A DNA stretch of 54,233 nt, filler included, from Catajapyx aquilonaris (Eukaryota): the NCBI GenBank assembly GCA_000934665.2. It is 3 parts of 3 records of this genome, joined end to end, with 100 filler letters (N's around TTAATTAATTAA, not from the genome) between each part and the next. Parts side by side here need not be neighbours in the genome. Positions count along the whole stretch, not along the records: positions 1 to 18,018 come from JYFJ02006808.1; positions 18,119 to 36,109 come from JYFJ02006809.1; 1 more part is not named here. One strand, given 5' to 3'. The notes under the pieces were generated by a model. The model ran no database searches and was not told where the DNA came from. It saw only the letters and a program-made list of their open reading frames with translations. Shown here one piece after another: positions 12,608-23,900 of this stretch (the stretch's first letter is position 1; each line of letters begins with the position of its first letter). The translations under genes and the position numbers were made by a program.

Positions 12608-13548
12608 GGGCGACACGGTGGCCGAGTGGTTAGCGCCGCAGCCTTCCACCTCTAAGGTCCCGAGTTCGATCCCCGGGTCGGACGGAGGATACTTATGTGG
12701 ATAGAGTTTCGATGGGTTCTCTCCGTGTTCGCGTGGGTTTTCTCGGGGTTCTCCCGTTTCCTCCCACTATCAAAATCCATCACATTACAGGCAAATGATT
12801 AAAGTCGGTCTATTAGATGAGGGGGTGAAAATCAAAAACCGACAGCTCCGTCATAAACGTAACGGAGAAAAACGAGAAAAACCTACAGTTTCGCCGTATG
12901 TCAACGTAGACACCTGAATGTAGCGGTTATAGATTCCTTTACTAGCAACTCAACCATTGGTAAGTTATTATGAAATCATCCGCCATTACCCAAGGAGCTG
13001 TGGACCGTCCATTCCGCCACTGGCCGGTTTTTGATTTGCAACAGGCTGGAGCTGGCGGTTTTTGATGCAAAATTGAGTGAGGGAAACATGAAACACAGGT
13101 TTATCCGGCGTGTAAATGTTTAAGTTTATTCCACGCTTACATACCAACGTTCCATTGCATTACGCAAGGTGTTTTGTTAAAATTCTGTAAATTCTGTAAA
13201 ATTCGCACCGTCGTTATCCGTACGAGCTTCGCAGTATGTACTGTCTCCCAAAGCTTTAGTTTCGTGATGGAGCTGGCGGTTTTTGATCTGTAATTTTCTG
13301 CGAGTGGGGATGGAGCTGGCGGTTTTTGTTACGGAGGTCACTTTTCACCCCTGCATTTGACGGCTTTGTTGTAGGATTTTAAATACCATATTAAGGTATA
13401 TGTACTCCATGGCATGAGGAATGCATTGCCGGTGCTAACTCATTTTTTTGTTTTTTGGCGCTGTCGGTTTTTGATTTTTACCCCCTCAAATGATCCCCTA
13501 AGAGGCCCAAGGGGCCTATCACGGGGTATCCATTATATTATTTAAAAA
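12608..13548 (+). mobile_element. tRNA-derived SINE with V-SINE-like central domain, interrupted by a MITE
   Basis: A box TGGCCGAGTGG, B box AGTTCGATCCC, then TTCTCTCCGTGTTCGCGTGGGTTTTCTCGGGGTTCTCCCGTTTCCTCCCAC (V-domain-like). A-rich end; TSD AAGTGC(C/A)TAACTTG at 12594-12607 and 13549-13562. Empty site near 17475. Confidence 0.8.
12819..13487. mobile_element. Non-autonomous TIR element (GAG...CTC termini, Sola-like) nested in the SINE
   Basis: 28-bp TIR GAGGGGGT(G/A)AAAATCAAAAACCGACAGC (27/28 match); flanks AGAT/AAAT; internal GGAGCTGGCGGTTTTTG repeats. Confidence 0.8.
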
Positions 13549-14533
13549 AAGTGCATAACTTGAATAGCATTTTCTAAATAAATCATGTCTTGATTTTTAT
13601 GTACTAAAACATGTAGCTTCCGTGACACACATTTCATGTATATCACAATTAACTTTATTCTACGAGTGTAATATTGACTTATAGGATCATTCTAGTACCT
13701 TGTAGTTACAGAGGGACAGGGAAGGACAGCAAAATGCTATTGGGATCCTCAAGTATACTAATTGCCGGATAATTAAGGATAAAATATCATTACGAATATC
13801 TATTCATAATGAGAGGCTCATTTGTAAGAAACTGTCCATTAAGGCATTAAGAGGGAAAGTTCAAATAAAATCCGTTGCATATACAGTATTTTATTTGGAA
13901 TCTGTGCATTTGAATCACATTTTTATACATTCTCTAAGCGCTAAAAAATTTAACCAAACCGTCATTTTACTCCCAGAAGTACAGTGCACTAACACAATAT
14001 GTATAGAGCTTTCTGATCATCATCCAACACAGAACACTTATTCCATTTATACTTACATCAAAGAAATCGTGGTTTGAAATTTTCCAGCAACTATTAGTTT
14101 TCAGCAAGAATAGTTCATTTATTAAGGGAAACATTTCTCCAGTCATTTTGACAATGTCAGTTTGAAGTAGAGAGCTGGACTATAGGCCTCATCCTATACG
14201 TCTTTCTGCAAAAGGAGAAATTCAGTAAAATAAATAAAACGCTTCCTTAGGTATTGTTGAATGAAATAAATATGTGAAAGTCAATAACAAGATGTTTTCC
14301 CTTAATTTGAGTTTATATTACTGGGCCTTTGGTTACGTCATGAAATATTAGTTTTGACTTTTTAATGGGTAAATATTATTATTTTTAGGCCAGTCAATAT
14401 GAAATCAAAATAATTATGGTGCACATCTTTCCAGATTAGGTTAGTGCAGATCAGTTGCAAATGACTCTAGAAATAAAAGTAATCACTCAGTCTTACCTCC
14501 ACCGCTTTATCTTCGACGACCGCTTTCGATCCT

Positions 14534-15745
14534 TTAACTCCCGACCTTGCAGTTGTCCTCCCAACATTTTATACGGTACTGTGTGGTATTATGATATTGC
14601 AATTATTACAAGAATCATCCCCCCTTCATGAACATTTTAAAAAAATCAACAAGGCCTACTACCTCTTTGAATCCGAAGTCCCAGAAGCAATCTATCATAT
14701 CGCTTGAGTCCACGCACTTGGTTGCTGGCCCTATGGAAAATGTGTAAATTAGGTCAAGCTGTGCCACTTCAATCTGCTTGTTTGGTACCTTTGCCTGTAT
14801 CTTTCAAGCATTTCTTTATCTGGTCAGATGGTAGTGTCACTCCCTTTTCGGCTGCCATTTCGGTCACTTTTCTGAGTAGTTCTTCTTGATTGATGGTTTC
14901 GTCAGCATTCACCTAAATATTGTAAACTGTCATAAATACTGTAGTTGGATCCGGATGATCATTAAGTTGCCGCCATAGTGAGCCCATTACTAGCCAGATG
15001 TAACGTGAGATAAAAGGAGATCGCAGTAAGACTCTTTTTATGAAGCTTTGGTCAATTAAACAAAAAGACAAGTGCTCATGCCATGTTGTGATAACGCAGG
15101 ACTCAAAATGACGGTTTTTGTTACTTTTCTTTTACTCACCCCACCCAACTCCTTTAAGATGCAATAAGCCACGCACTGAAAGAGAAAGAGGAAACTACGT
15201 CAAAAGAGAGTGCGCCATATTTTGTAATCCGCTTTTTGTACAATGATTGCTAACTGTCAGTAATAATGATGATGTTAAATAGTGAAAGAAACTAGTACCT
15301 TTTCTCTTTCCATTTTACCAAATTTTTTAAATACTTCTGCAGGGGTGACACGACACTCATCCGTATTTTTCCAACTAGAATATGCACCAACGGCCTCCCA
15401 CAGTTCTGGGTCCACGTTCATTTCCTTCACGCACTTGTCCCAAAGCGCTGCAGTCTCAGTGCCTATACCGCATTTCTATACATAACACAGTAACATTAAG
15501 AATAAACAAAATGAAGCGGAATAAAGTAACCTATACTCGTATATTCACTAACCTCAGCTAGATTATCGGATTCCCAATTAAGGCATACACATCCTGGGGG
15601 TGTAAAAATAAATTATTTTATCAGTTACTGCAGTGTGACTATACTGTTGCACATAGTAATATTTACTCCTGTCCTTACCTGCATCGTCTGCCCAAGCCAC
15701 TGTCGCCAGCAGCAAGAGCGAGGCACATATTCCCAGGAGTGTCAT
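14534..15745 (-). CDS. OBP-like secreted protein, copy E (185 aa, intact)
   Basis: Exons 15679-15745, 15553-15593, 15299-15475, 15140-15175, 14789-14912, 14663-14730, 14534-14578. All 12 Cys are conserved; ends YRIKCWEDNCKVGS*. Confidence 0.9.
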
Positions 15746-15780
15746 CGAGCTAACTATTATTCGTCTGGAAAGTACTCGCG

Positions 15781-15822
15781 TATTTATAATTTCGATACAC
15801 GCCGTAGATCAAGGTGACCTTG
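15781..15822 (-). promoter_or_regulatory. TATA box plus upstream palindrome, copy E
   Basis: TATAAATA at 15781-15788 (minus); CAAGGTGACCTTG at 15810-15822. Confidence 0.6.
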
Positions 15823-16895
15823 TTGAATGGCAGCTCTCTGAATATTATCCTTGACGTGATTTTTTGTGCTCCCGAAGTGAGCGTGACACGGACTTGTTCA
15901 CAGCGGAAATTGCGCGTTACTTCACACAACGTATTATCAGTCTGTACGGTATACAAACTCTCTTCAGGCGCATTTAGAAGCCCCATAATGTTTGCAGTGA
16001 TTCAATTATTTCGATGCATCCGTGAGTGCGTCATAATTATTACAAATATGCGTGACACACATTTTGAAAATAAAATTTAGGAACTGTTGCGAAGTAAGCG
16101 TGACTTTTTGAGTGACGAAAGCATCAATACGAAAATTTTGAACCGCGTAAATTCCTCTAGCGCACATTTTATTAGCCTACACCAGCGCAGTGATATGACT
16201 CTTTGACAACTATTCATAAGATGTAACAAAGTAGGTTGACACAAGAGCCTTTATAAAATTTTATTTCCTGTTCATGCTGGACAACTGCTGTATGAAAGCG
16301 ACACTACCTTATTCACACCTAAGGTTCCGCATTGCTTCAATGCTACATATAAGTAGCCTATCTACACAAATCCGAACAATGGTTTGCGTGAGTCAACCCA
16401 ACCACACAACATATATGAAGTTGTACCCTATACATGATTAATGCAGCATACTGTATTGTACATTGCAATTACATAAGATAGTGTGGAGATGAATTATTGT
16501 AGTGTGTTTGCGGATACAGTTGACAAGTTGTCAAACAGACCACGGCTTAGGCACTGATAACAAAATTGTTTTTGGTCCCGCCTATAATACAGAATAAAAT
16601 AAACACAACTAGGTTCTCGAGTTTTCTGGTAAAAATAATTACAGTGTAAAGTGAAACTGACAGAATGTGACTTTTTCGCCTTGATCGTCGCATTAATGGG
16701 CCAGAATTTCTTTCATGATGATTCAAAAAGGACCAGAATACCTGAGAATACCTGTACTATACGAAGGTATAACCAAGGTTGACTAAAGTTCCGTGGTATG
16801 TATACAGTACATCGCAATGGGGTCAAGGACTACCAGGATTATTACCATTGTTATAACTGATTTATTTCCTTCATTCTGTCATCTTGTTTTACACT

Positions 16896-16896
<1 letters not shown>

Positions 16897-16974
<78 letters not shown>

Positions 16975-17196
16975 CGACATTTCCCTATAAGGGGTAGTCA
17001 GCGATGACGGGAACCACAACCTAACCCAAAATATGAACTAAATTAAAACTTGTAAAAATAAACCTATAAACAACCCGTCTCCCCCACCCCTGCCCATCTC
17101 ATACGACAAACACTCAATATTAAATTTAAATATTACACTATGCAACGCGGTACTTNCTGAAAGAGGAATCAGCAGGGTCTAGAATATTCTCCTCAC
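16897..17196 (-). mobile_element. 5'-truncated non-LTR retrotransposon 3' end with (ATG)n tail
   Basis: The insertion is absent from the paralogous site near 11980. It is flanked by TTACACT repeats, and (CAT)25 forms the tail on the minus strand. Confidence 0.6.
16898..16972. repeat. (CAT)25 microsatellite
   Basis: 75-nt perfect trinucleotide run. Confidence 0.97.
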
Positions 17197-18018
17197 TTAC
17201 ACTGTAAAGTGGCAAAATTTCAATATGAAATAATTTTCCGATAGTAATTATTTCTGACATTACCGTTGCCACTGATTTAAAATAATGCATAAAATATGAC
17301 CCATGGCTTGATTATACAGCACAAAGATTCTGTGATATTTTCACCGATGCGGAGTTTTGGTCACAAGGTGTGATGTGGTACAAATTAATTATTGCGCATT
17401 AGCGAATTTTCTAGGCCTTGTAGTAAACAATGGCTCAATTCGCCTGTGACTGAATACTTTGGTATGATTGTAAGAAGTGCCTAGCTTTAATAGCATTTCC
17501 TAAATAAAATACGGGCTTTATTTTTACGTACTAAAACATGGGATCACCGTGACATACAGTGCATGCATATCATAATTAACTTTATTCTACGAGTATCATT
17601 CACCTAGGACTTAAGTCTTTCTAAAAGTTACAGAAGGACAGGGTAGGGCAGCAGAATGCTACTGACATCCTCAAGTATTTATTGGCTGGAATTAGTGCCG
17701 GGTAATTAAGGATAAAATCTCATTACGAATAACTATGCATAATGAGAGGCTCATTTGTAAGAAACTGTCCATTAATGCAGTAAGAGGGAAAGTTCAAATC
17801 CGTTGGCTTATATTTTATCTGGAACCTGCGCATTTTAATCACATTTTTGAAGTAATTTTCTAATAGCTAAAAAATTTAACACGACCATAATTTATTTTAC
17901 TCCCAACAGAACAGTGCGCTACCAGGGCCACCTAGAGACAAGGCCGGGGCGCGGGAACGGGTGGATCGCTGTGACGTCACGCTAGGGGGCTAGCTTCTCC
18001 ATAAGCGGGCTATGGCGG

Positions 18019-18118
18019 NNNNNNNNNNNNNNNNNNNNNNNNNNNNNNNNNNNNNNNNNNNNTTAATTAATTAANNNNNNNNNNNNNNNNNNNNNNNNNN
18101 NNNNNNNNNNNNNNNNNN
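18019..18118. other. Artificial contig linker N44-TTAATTAATTAA-N44
   Basis: Exactly 100 bp; the core has stop codons in all six frames. Confidence 0.97.
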
Positions 18119-18697
18119 CCAATTGCATATGGTAAAAATAGCCAGTAATTGTGACTTTAAATCAGAAAACAACACAGCCACATTTACTGTCATCATTGGT
18201 GTCTGCGTACGTACAGCTTGAATGTTTCTCATCATCTTTGTCACAACTGTCACAAATCATGCAGGAACTAATATTCAAGAAGAGTTATGGACTTTTTACT
18301 CACTTTATTTAGTACTGATCCTTCTTGCACCCTTCTTGACTCTAGTTGACTTGAAAAAATGATGCAAAAGGAAACTTGTCATTGTAATGTGTCAGGATGC
18401 TGTAAGACACATATTAGGAAAATGACATTCTTGCTTCCCAATTGCATATGGTAAAAATAGCCAGTAATTGTGACTTTAAATCAGAAAACAACACAGCCAC
18501 ATTTACTGTCATCATTGGTGTCTGCGTACGTACAACTTGAATGTTTCTCATCATCTTTGTCACAACTGTCACAAATCATGCAGGAACTAATATTCAAGAA
18601 GAGTTATTGACTTATTACTCACTTTATTTAGTACTGATCCTTCTTGCACCCTTCTTGACTCTAGTTGACTTGAAAAAATGATGCAAAAGGAAACTTG
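18119..18697. repeat. Near-perfect tandem repeat, ~319-bp unit (~1.8 copies) at contig edge
   Basis: CCAATTGCATATGGTAAAAATAGCC at 18119 and 18438, with only a few substitutions between the copies. Confidence 0.9.
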
Positions 18698-19439
18698 TGC
18701 GAATATCATGTACAGTATCAGGTTTCTGGAAGAAACAGGGTCGCAAATTTTACGAGACGATTTTTTTGGGGTCGCCAACGAAAGAAATTGGGATGCACTG
18801 CCTTAAGGTCTGAGAAGTATCAGTCTTTGCACCTGGCTGAGCATCGCAGCTCTTACAACTACAGTCGAGACTACAGTACGCCTCACGAGGCAAATGTTGC
18901 CTTACCTGCACCACAAGCAGCTGTGGTCCTGTTTGGCCCTCCATGCTGGCCATCGTGTGCTGCTGTGGTGGTGTGGAGGAAGAGGCAGGCCTCTGGGACT
19001 GGAAACAACTCTTGACCAGGCAAAGGACCACACGAGTGGGATGATGCGATGCCCTCTAGCTGGCAGGTGCAGGCAAGACGCGACTGGAGACCACCTTCTC
19101 TCTACTCCACTAGGTCAGCCCTTCATTTGGGGCTTGGGACGGGCCATGTCATGCTCATCCTAGGCCCTTCAACGGTCAGAAACTGGACAGAAAGGTTTCC
19201 TCCCAACGGTTTCTGCTCACAGTCGGCCATTTTATAGGCACTGACTCCCACCTGGTCCGCTGGGACAACAGTACTTCAAACAGCCCTATCCCAGCCTTGT
19301 TAAACCTGCTCAAAATTCACTTCATCATTATTTTGTTGTCACTGCAACGTTTAATTGCATAAAAATTATGCCTATTTCTTGAACCACGTGGCAACTGGAA
19401 ACCTCACTTCCTTCCGGAAGTATGAAGTCATATCACAAT

Positions 19440-19517
19440 CCGACCAATCACGCGTAGTCTGATGATCACGCCACTCCGACCAATCACGCGGAGTCTGATG
19501 ATCACGCCACTCCGACC
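19440..19517. repeat. 36-bp tandem repeat with CCAAT motifs
   Basis: CCGACCAATCACGCG(T/G)AGTCTGATGATCACGCCACT x2 plus a partial unit. Confidence 0.85.
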
Positions 19518-20176
19518 GTTGCTGCCACGTTGCTGCATAGACTCGCTCTTCAGCTTTGTGGATAGGCGGGTGCTGTGGGTGGTAACGGGGGGGTGGTGCT
19601 GGCGTGGGTCGACTGGGTCCCTCGACGGCCATTGTTCATTTCCAACCTGGGCCGATAGGACCTTTTGGAAGCGAAGTCCTCCTGCGATTATAGTTTTGCC
19701 GCCGGGACAGTCGAGCCGTTGGGTAAGTATGGTGTCCTACGTACACCTGACATAATATCTACCCGGCACAACATGCGTGTACCTGGAAACTCGGATCGCG
19801 ATTGATGTTTTGATTTTCTTATTGAGCCTGTCTTATGCCGTGGCCGGCCGTGCCATGCAAATATTGTTCATTTCTTAATGTTCGCCGACTCGACTCGCAG
19901 TGAATTTTTTTTAAACCTGCGAAACATAGTAACCTGGGGGGAAATGTGCAAATTTTTACGACAAAATGCGAAGTTTGCAAGCAGTTAATATGGCGTCCTT
20001 TGGGAAACTCGTGCCGGGGGCCGCTGTCGCAACGGCCCACCGACTCCATTGCTGCGGTAGCCGCGGCGGCCGTATATATATATTTTTTTGTTTTTTTTAA
20101 AGGCATTTCGCGCAGCCATGTTCCAACAATGTGGCCATCGTGGTCGTGCTGACCATTTCAAGTGATTATTCACTAA

Positions 20177-20290
20177 GGGTAGTCCGTGTACACCTTCGTG
20201 GGTAGTCCGAGGGTGGTTCGGCTAGTCCGAAGGGTAGTCCGGTAGTCCGGGGGTAATCCGAAGGGTAGTCCGGGTAGTCCGGTATGGTCG
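20177..20290. repeat. Degenerate GGTAGTCCG minisatellite
   Basis: Many GGTAGTCCG-like units, probably subterminal repeats of a transposon. Confidence 0.7.
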
Positions 20291-20747
20291 GTGTCCTCAA
20301 AAATGTAAGTGAATAACCCCTTGTGCCATTTTCAACCCACGCTAAGTGGCAATCATGGCAAATAATCTGACCTGTACCCCACCAATCAAATCAAGCAAAC
20401 CCCCGCAATGCCAATTTATGTTTTAAAAACTAATATTAATTCATATTTAGAGAGTTCCGCCTTTCCCTCCCGTTCCCTCCAATCATACAAATCGCCAAGA
20501 AAGTAGCTGCTACTTTTCGTAACTGACGCCACCCAACTGATATTCACATCGAGCAATTACACCGCAATTTTTAAAGCACTTTTATGATATTCCACCAGTT
20601 TTTCTGGCATGAACAGTACATTAGGTCAGCTGTCGGCAGTAACGAGTAGTAATTAGTGTAATTTTCAGATGCGTATGAGCAACCTAATAGCCAAACCTAA
20701 TACTTGTCCAACTGGTAACTAATATAGCAGTGGGGAGGGAGAAAGTA

Positions 20748-20789
20748 GCGCATGCGTAGTGATCCTCGCGGCTTTCCAGGCGCAGGCGT
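20748..20789 (+). promoter_or_regulatory. Two NRF1/Erect-wing-like motifs in the LSM14 promoter region
   Basis: GCGCATGCGT (20748-20757) and GCGCAGGCGT (20780-20789) ~135-175 nt upstream of the LSM14 ATG in a CpG-rich stretch. Confidence 0.4.
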
Positions 20790-20923
20790 ACTAGATGAAC
20801 AGTCTTCTGTGGGCATCAGCCGAGTGGAGAAGCCCACCTCGCAGCCGAGTTCCAAGCTGGACGATCATCCGCCCTCCTCCACCGAGTCCACCCGCAATCT
20901 GGACGTATCCGAGGGAGGAAAGG

Positions 20924-23900
20924 ATGGCGAGCGGCATCCCGTGCCTCGGAAGCAAGATCAGCCTCATCTCTAAGTCTGAGATACGTTATGAGGGGATTTT
21001 GTACACCATCGATACAAACGAATCCACGGTCGCTCTTGCTAAAGGTAAACTTTTTGTTGGCTTTTGTTTGGGGGGGAGGGGGGGGGGGGTTGCTGGCCCG
21101 GTTGGGTCATAGGGATGTGGTCAGCAGTGGTAGGGGTCAGGGGTGGTATTGCAAGGGACAAGCTGTGGTGGTTAATTTGGTGTAGTGCCAGTGTTGTGCA
21201 CATAGTGGGCTTTGTTTTGATATGTTGGTAGTGATGGGTTTATGGGTGATAAGGTGATAAGCAGGTCAAATGTTGGGGAAGCACTGGTGGCATTGCTTGA
21301 ACGGCTGCACTTGTAGTGGCTGTTGGACCCAGGCTGGCGTATGTCGTAAAATATGGTGATTGCTGCTAGTCAACTTGCAAGTGGCAATTCGTGTGTGTGT
21401 AGGCATTTTGCGTGCACAGTCGAGCGATGGTCAGAAAGTTTGAACCGCGTTTACTGCCAGTGCTGTCATATGACCAGGAATGTCAGCCAAATGTGGCTAG
21501 GATTGAGGGCAAGGTTCTAGAAATTACTGCCTGTCATTTGACAGTAATACAAGTATTGCTGGGAAGCCAAATGCTCATGGCCAGTGCTGATATTCAGGAA
21601 ACATTGGACTCTCCACTGTTGTCGTGGTAGTCATTGAACTCCCCTGTCATCCAATCTACTCCTTATCACACATGGTATGTCAACACCTATTCGTACAGAA
21701 TATGTCAGATAGTGAAATTTTATGGCAACACTTGACTTTCCCATTGACTAATAGTGAAAGTTGGCCCTCCGAAAAATGTGACCTTGCCCTTGAAATGCTG
21801 AGCTATGGGTGTTGAGATTGGGTGGGAGTGGATATGATCAGAATTACATTCTGGCCCCATTGTTCTGATTTAAAAAAAAAAGTGTCATGTCACATGGTGC
21901 TGCAGTTGGCATTAAACCACACTTATGTTGTTGCCATATTTTATTGATGCTGCTATATTTTAAGTGTTTTTGCATTATCCTACTTTTGACATAAGCAGAA
22001 GGCAAACTAACATTTCAGCCTCATATTCACTAAAATTAGTATTTATTAAATGAGACATTAATGAAATTGATGAGGCATCCCATTATAGTACCCCATTTGA
22101 AGTGATGCCACATTGCACAACCATATCTTTTCTCCCACCTCCTGCACCTGACCCCCTGACATTTTTGCCCTCTGTGGTATAATTGGCACCAGGCGTAGGG
22201 TATATTAACCCCTTGATGTGTACTTTCTGATGGTCAAGTAGGATTTTGGTAAAGAACATTGATTGCGGCTAATCATTCTGCATGTCAGGTTCCTTCAGCA
22301 TTTCTCTTAGGGGTCTATAAAATGGCTATGCAAGTAAGTTATTTCCATTTTCTGGTAATACAGGGAGGGTTGCAGGATGATTCACGATATTCTCAGTTCC
22401 AGGTCTGTCAGTAGGTCCCTGTTAGTAGAGTCTTCAAAGAATCCTGCCAAGTAAGCCATTAATTTGGTTGCAAATGTGCTTGATAGTGTCGACTAGAAAA
22501 ATAAGCTAGAGTTGCAATCCAGGGGGTGCTGAACTGATAATTTGATTAAGAGTTATAAATTGGCAAAGTTTCAAATGGCCACAAAGGGCAAAAATGAAAT
22601 AACTAGGTCACTTCATAGCATTGGTAGATGATGCCCAATTTTTCATCACAATAGTTTCATGACAACATGGGTCTCAGCCCGTTCGTGGTTGCTCCTCCTC
22701 CCCTTCTGACCTATGTGGGTTTACTAGCATTGGAGAGACTGCGAATGTATGTTTTAAAAAACCATTAGGTGGCATCTCAAGATCATTGGCTTTTCTTGAG
22801 TTATTGTGCTGCTACTGTAATTGTTCACTAAACATGTAATGAACTTGGTTTATGCTACGAATAATGCATTGTAATGGGATGGGATTTTGTGCTACACAAC
22901 CAGTATTGTGCAATCATAGGCTAGTTCAATAATGGGGAACTAGCCTTGGTCTGGGATTTGGGATTTTTGTTCATAACTAGCTAGCCCATGCCTGTAAACG
23001 TACATTCCATCACTCTGTTGCATCAAAATGACATTACTGGATAAATTACGGCACATTTAAAAGTGCCTTCAAAATTGGCGGGAAAAACGCCGCTGCCAAT
23101 CGAAAGGGTACACTGAAATGCCTGGTTGACTGCGAGATATGAGGAATTTGACTTTGAATTAACCGCGGACGCGACGGAAAGCATTCGCAAGGCGGCTGTA
23201 GGCCATCGAGGTGGAGAAGGGGGGGCCTTCATGTGCCGAATTCGGGTGACAGATGATTCCTGCCAGTTGGCACCACTGCCAGCCCCTTAGCTGATTGAGC
23301 GGCGTGAAGTAAAAACGCGCCCCGGCCGCTATCTTGCTCACGGAATGGGAAGGTTGCTAACCACAGCGAAGCATTTTACAACAATGACGGGGCGCGTTCT
23401 ATAACACCATTTTTGCGTTCATTTCACTTCGCGTGACGTCAATATTTTCTAGGGAAACAGTGACGTCACCATTTCCCTACATAAAAACCCCAATTACTCC
23501 GGAACGGGAACTGATATCTTACAACGGAATATGCCAAAAAAATCCAAAAAATATGGGCGAATTTATTATGTAGTTTCCAAAATGAAGGCTACTTCCCCAT
23601 TATAATCAAGAGTAAATCTGGAACAAGTTATTAATCCTACATGAATAGTGTGGATTGTTGTACTTTTTCTGGATTTACCGTGGATCATGCAGCTGGCCAT
23701 GAATATCATCTTGAGTTAGCAAAGTGACAAAAAATATTGGTTGTCACCTACCATTGCTGTTGACACTAAAGGGCAAATGATAGCAGTATCGTCTGGGGCT
23801 TTTTACTGCCATTTGAAACTTAACAAAATTGTGTATTCACAAAACTAATCCCATACACCTCAGCCCCCTTTAAGAGATGCTATGGAAAGACGTACAACCG

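Noticed and set aside
12608..12690. Functional tRNA genes at SINE heads (also 12430-12498 and 44898-44975)
   Set aside because: They continue into SINE bodies with tails and TSDs, and the cloverleafs are imperfect.
16793..16990. Poly-histidine ORF
   Set aside because: Produced by the (CAT)25 tail of a retroelement insertion; the rest is intergenic spacer shared with a paralogous region.
18063..18074. TTAATTAATTAA as a biological motif
   Set aside because: Synthetic linker, repeated identically at 36154-36165.
19440..19517. 36-bp repeats as a CRISPR array or hammerhead ribozyme (CTGATGA)
   Set aside because: Head-to-tail with no spacers, eukaryotic context, and no matching GAAA core or stems.
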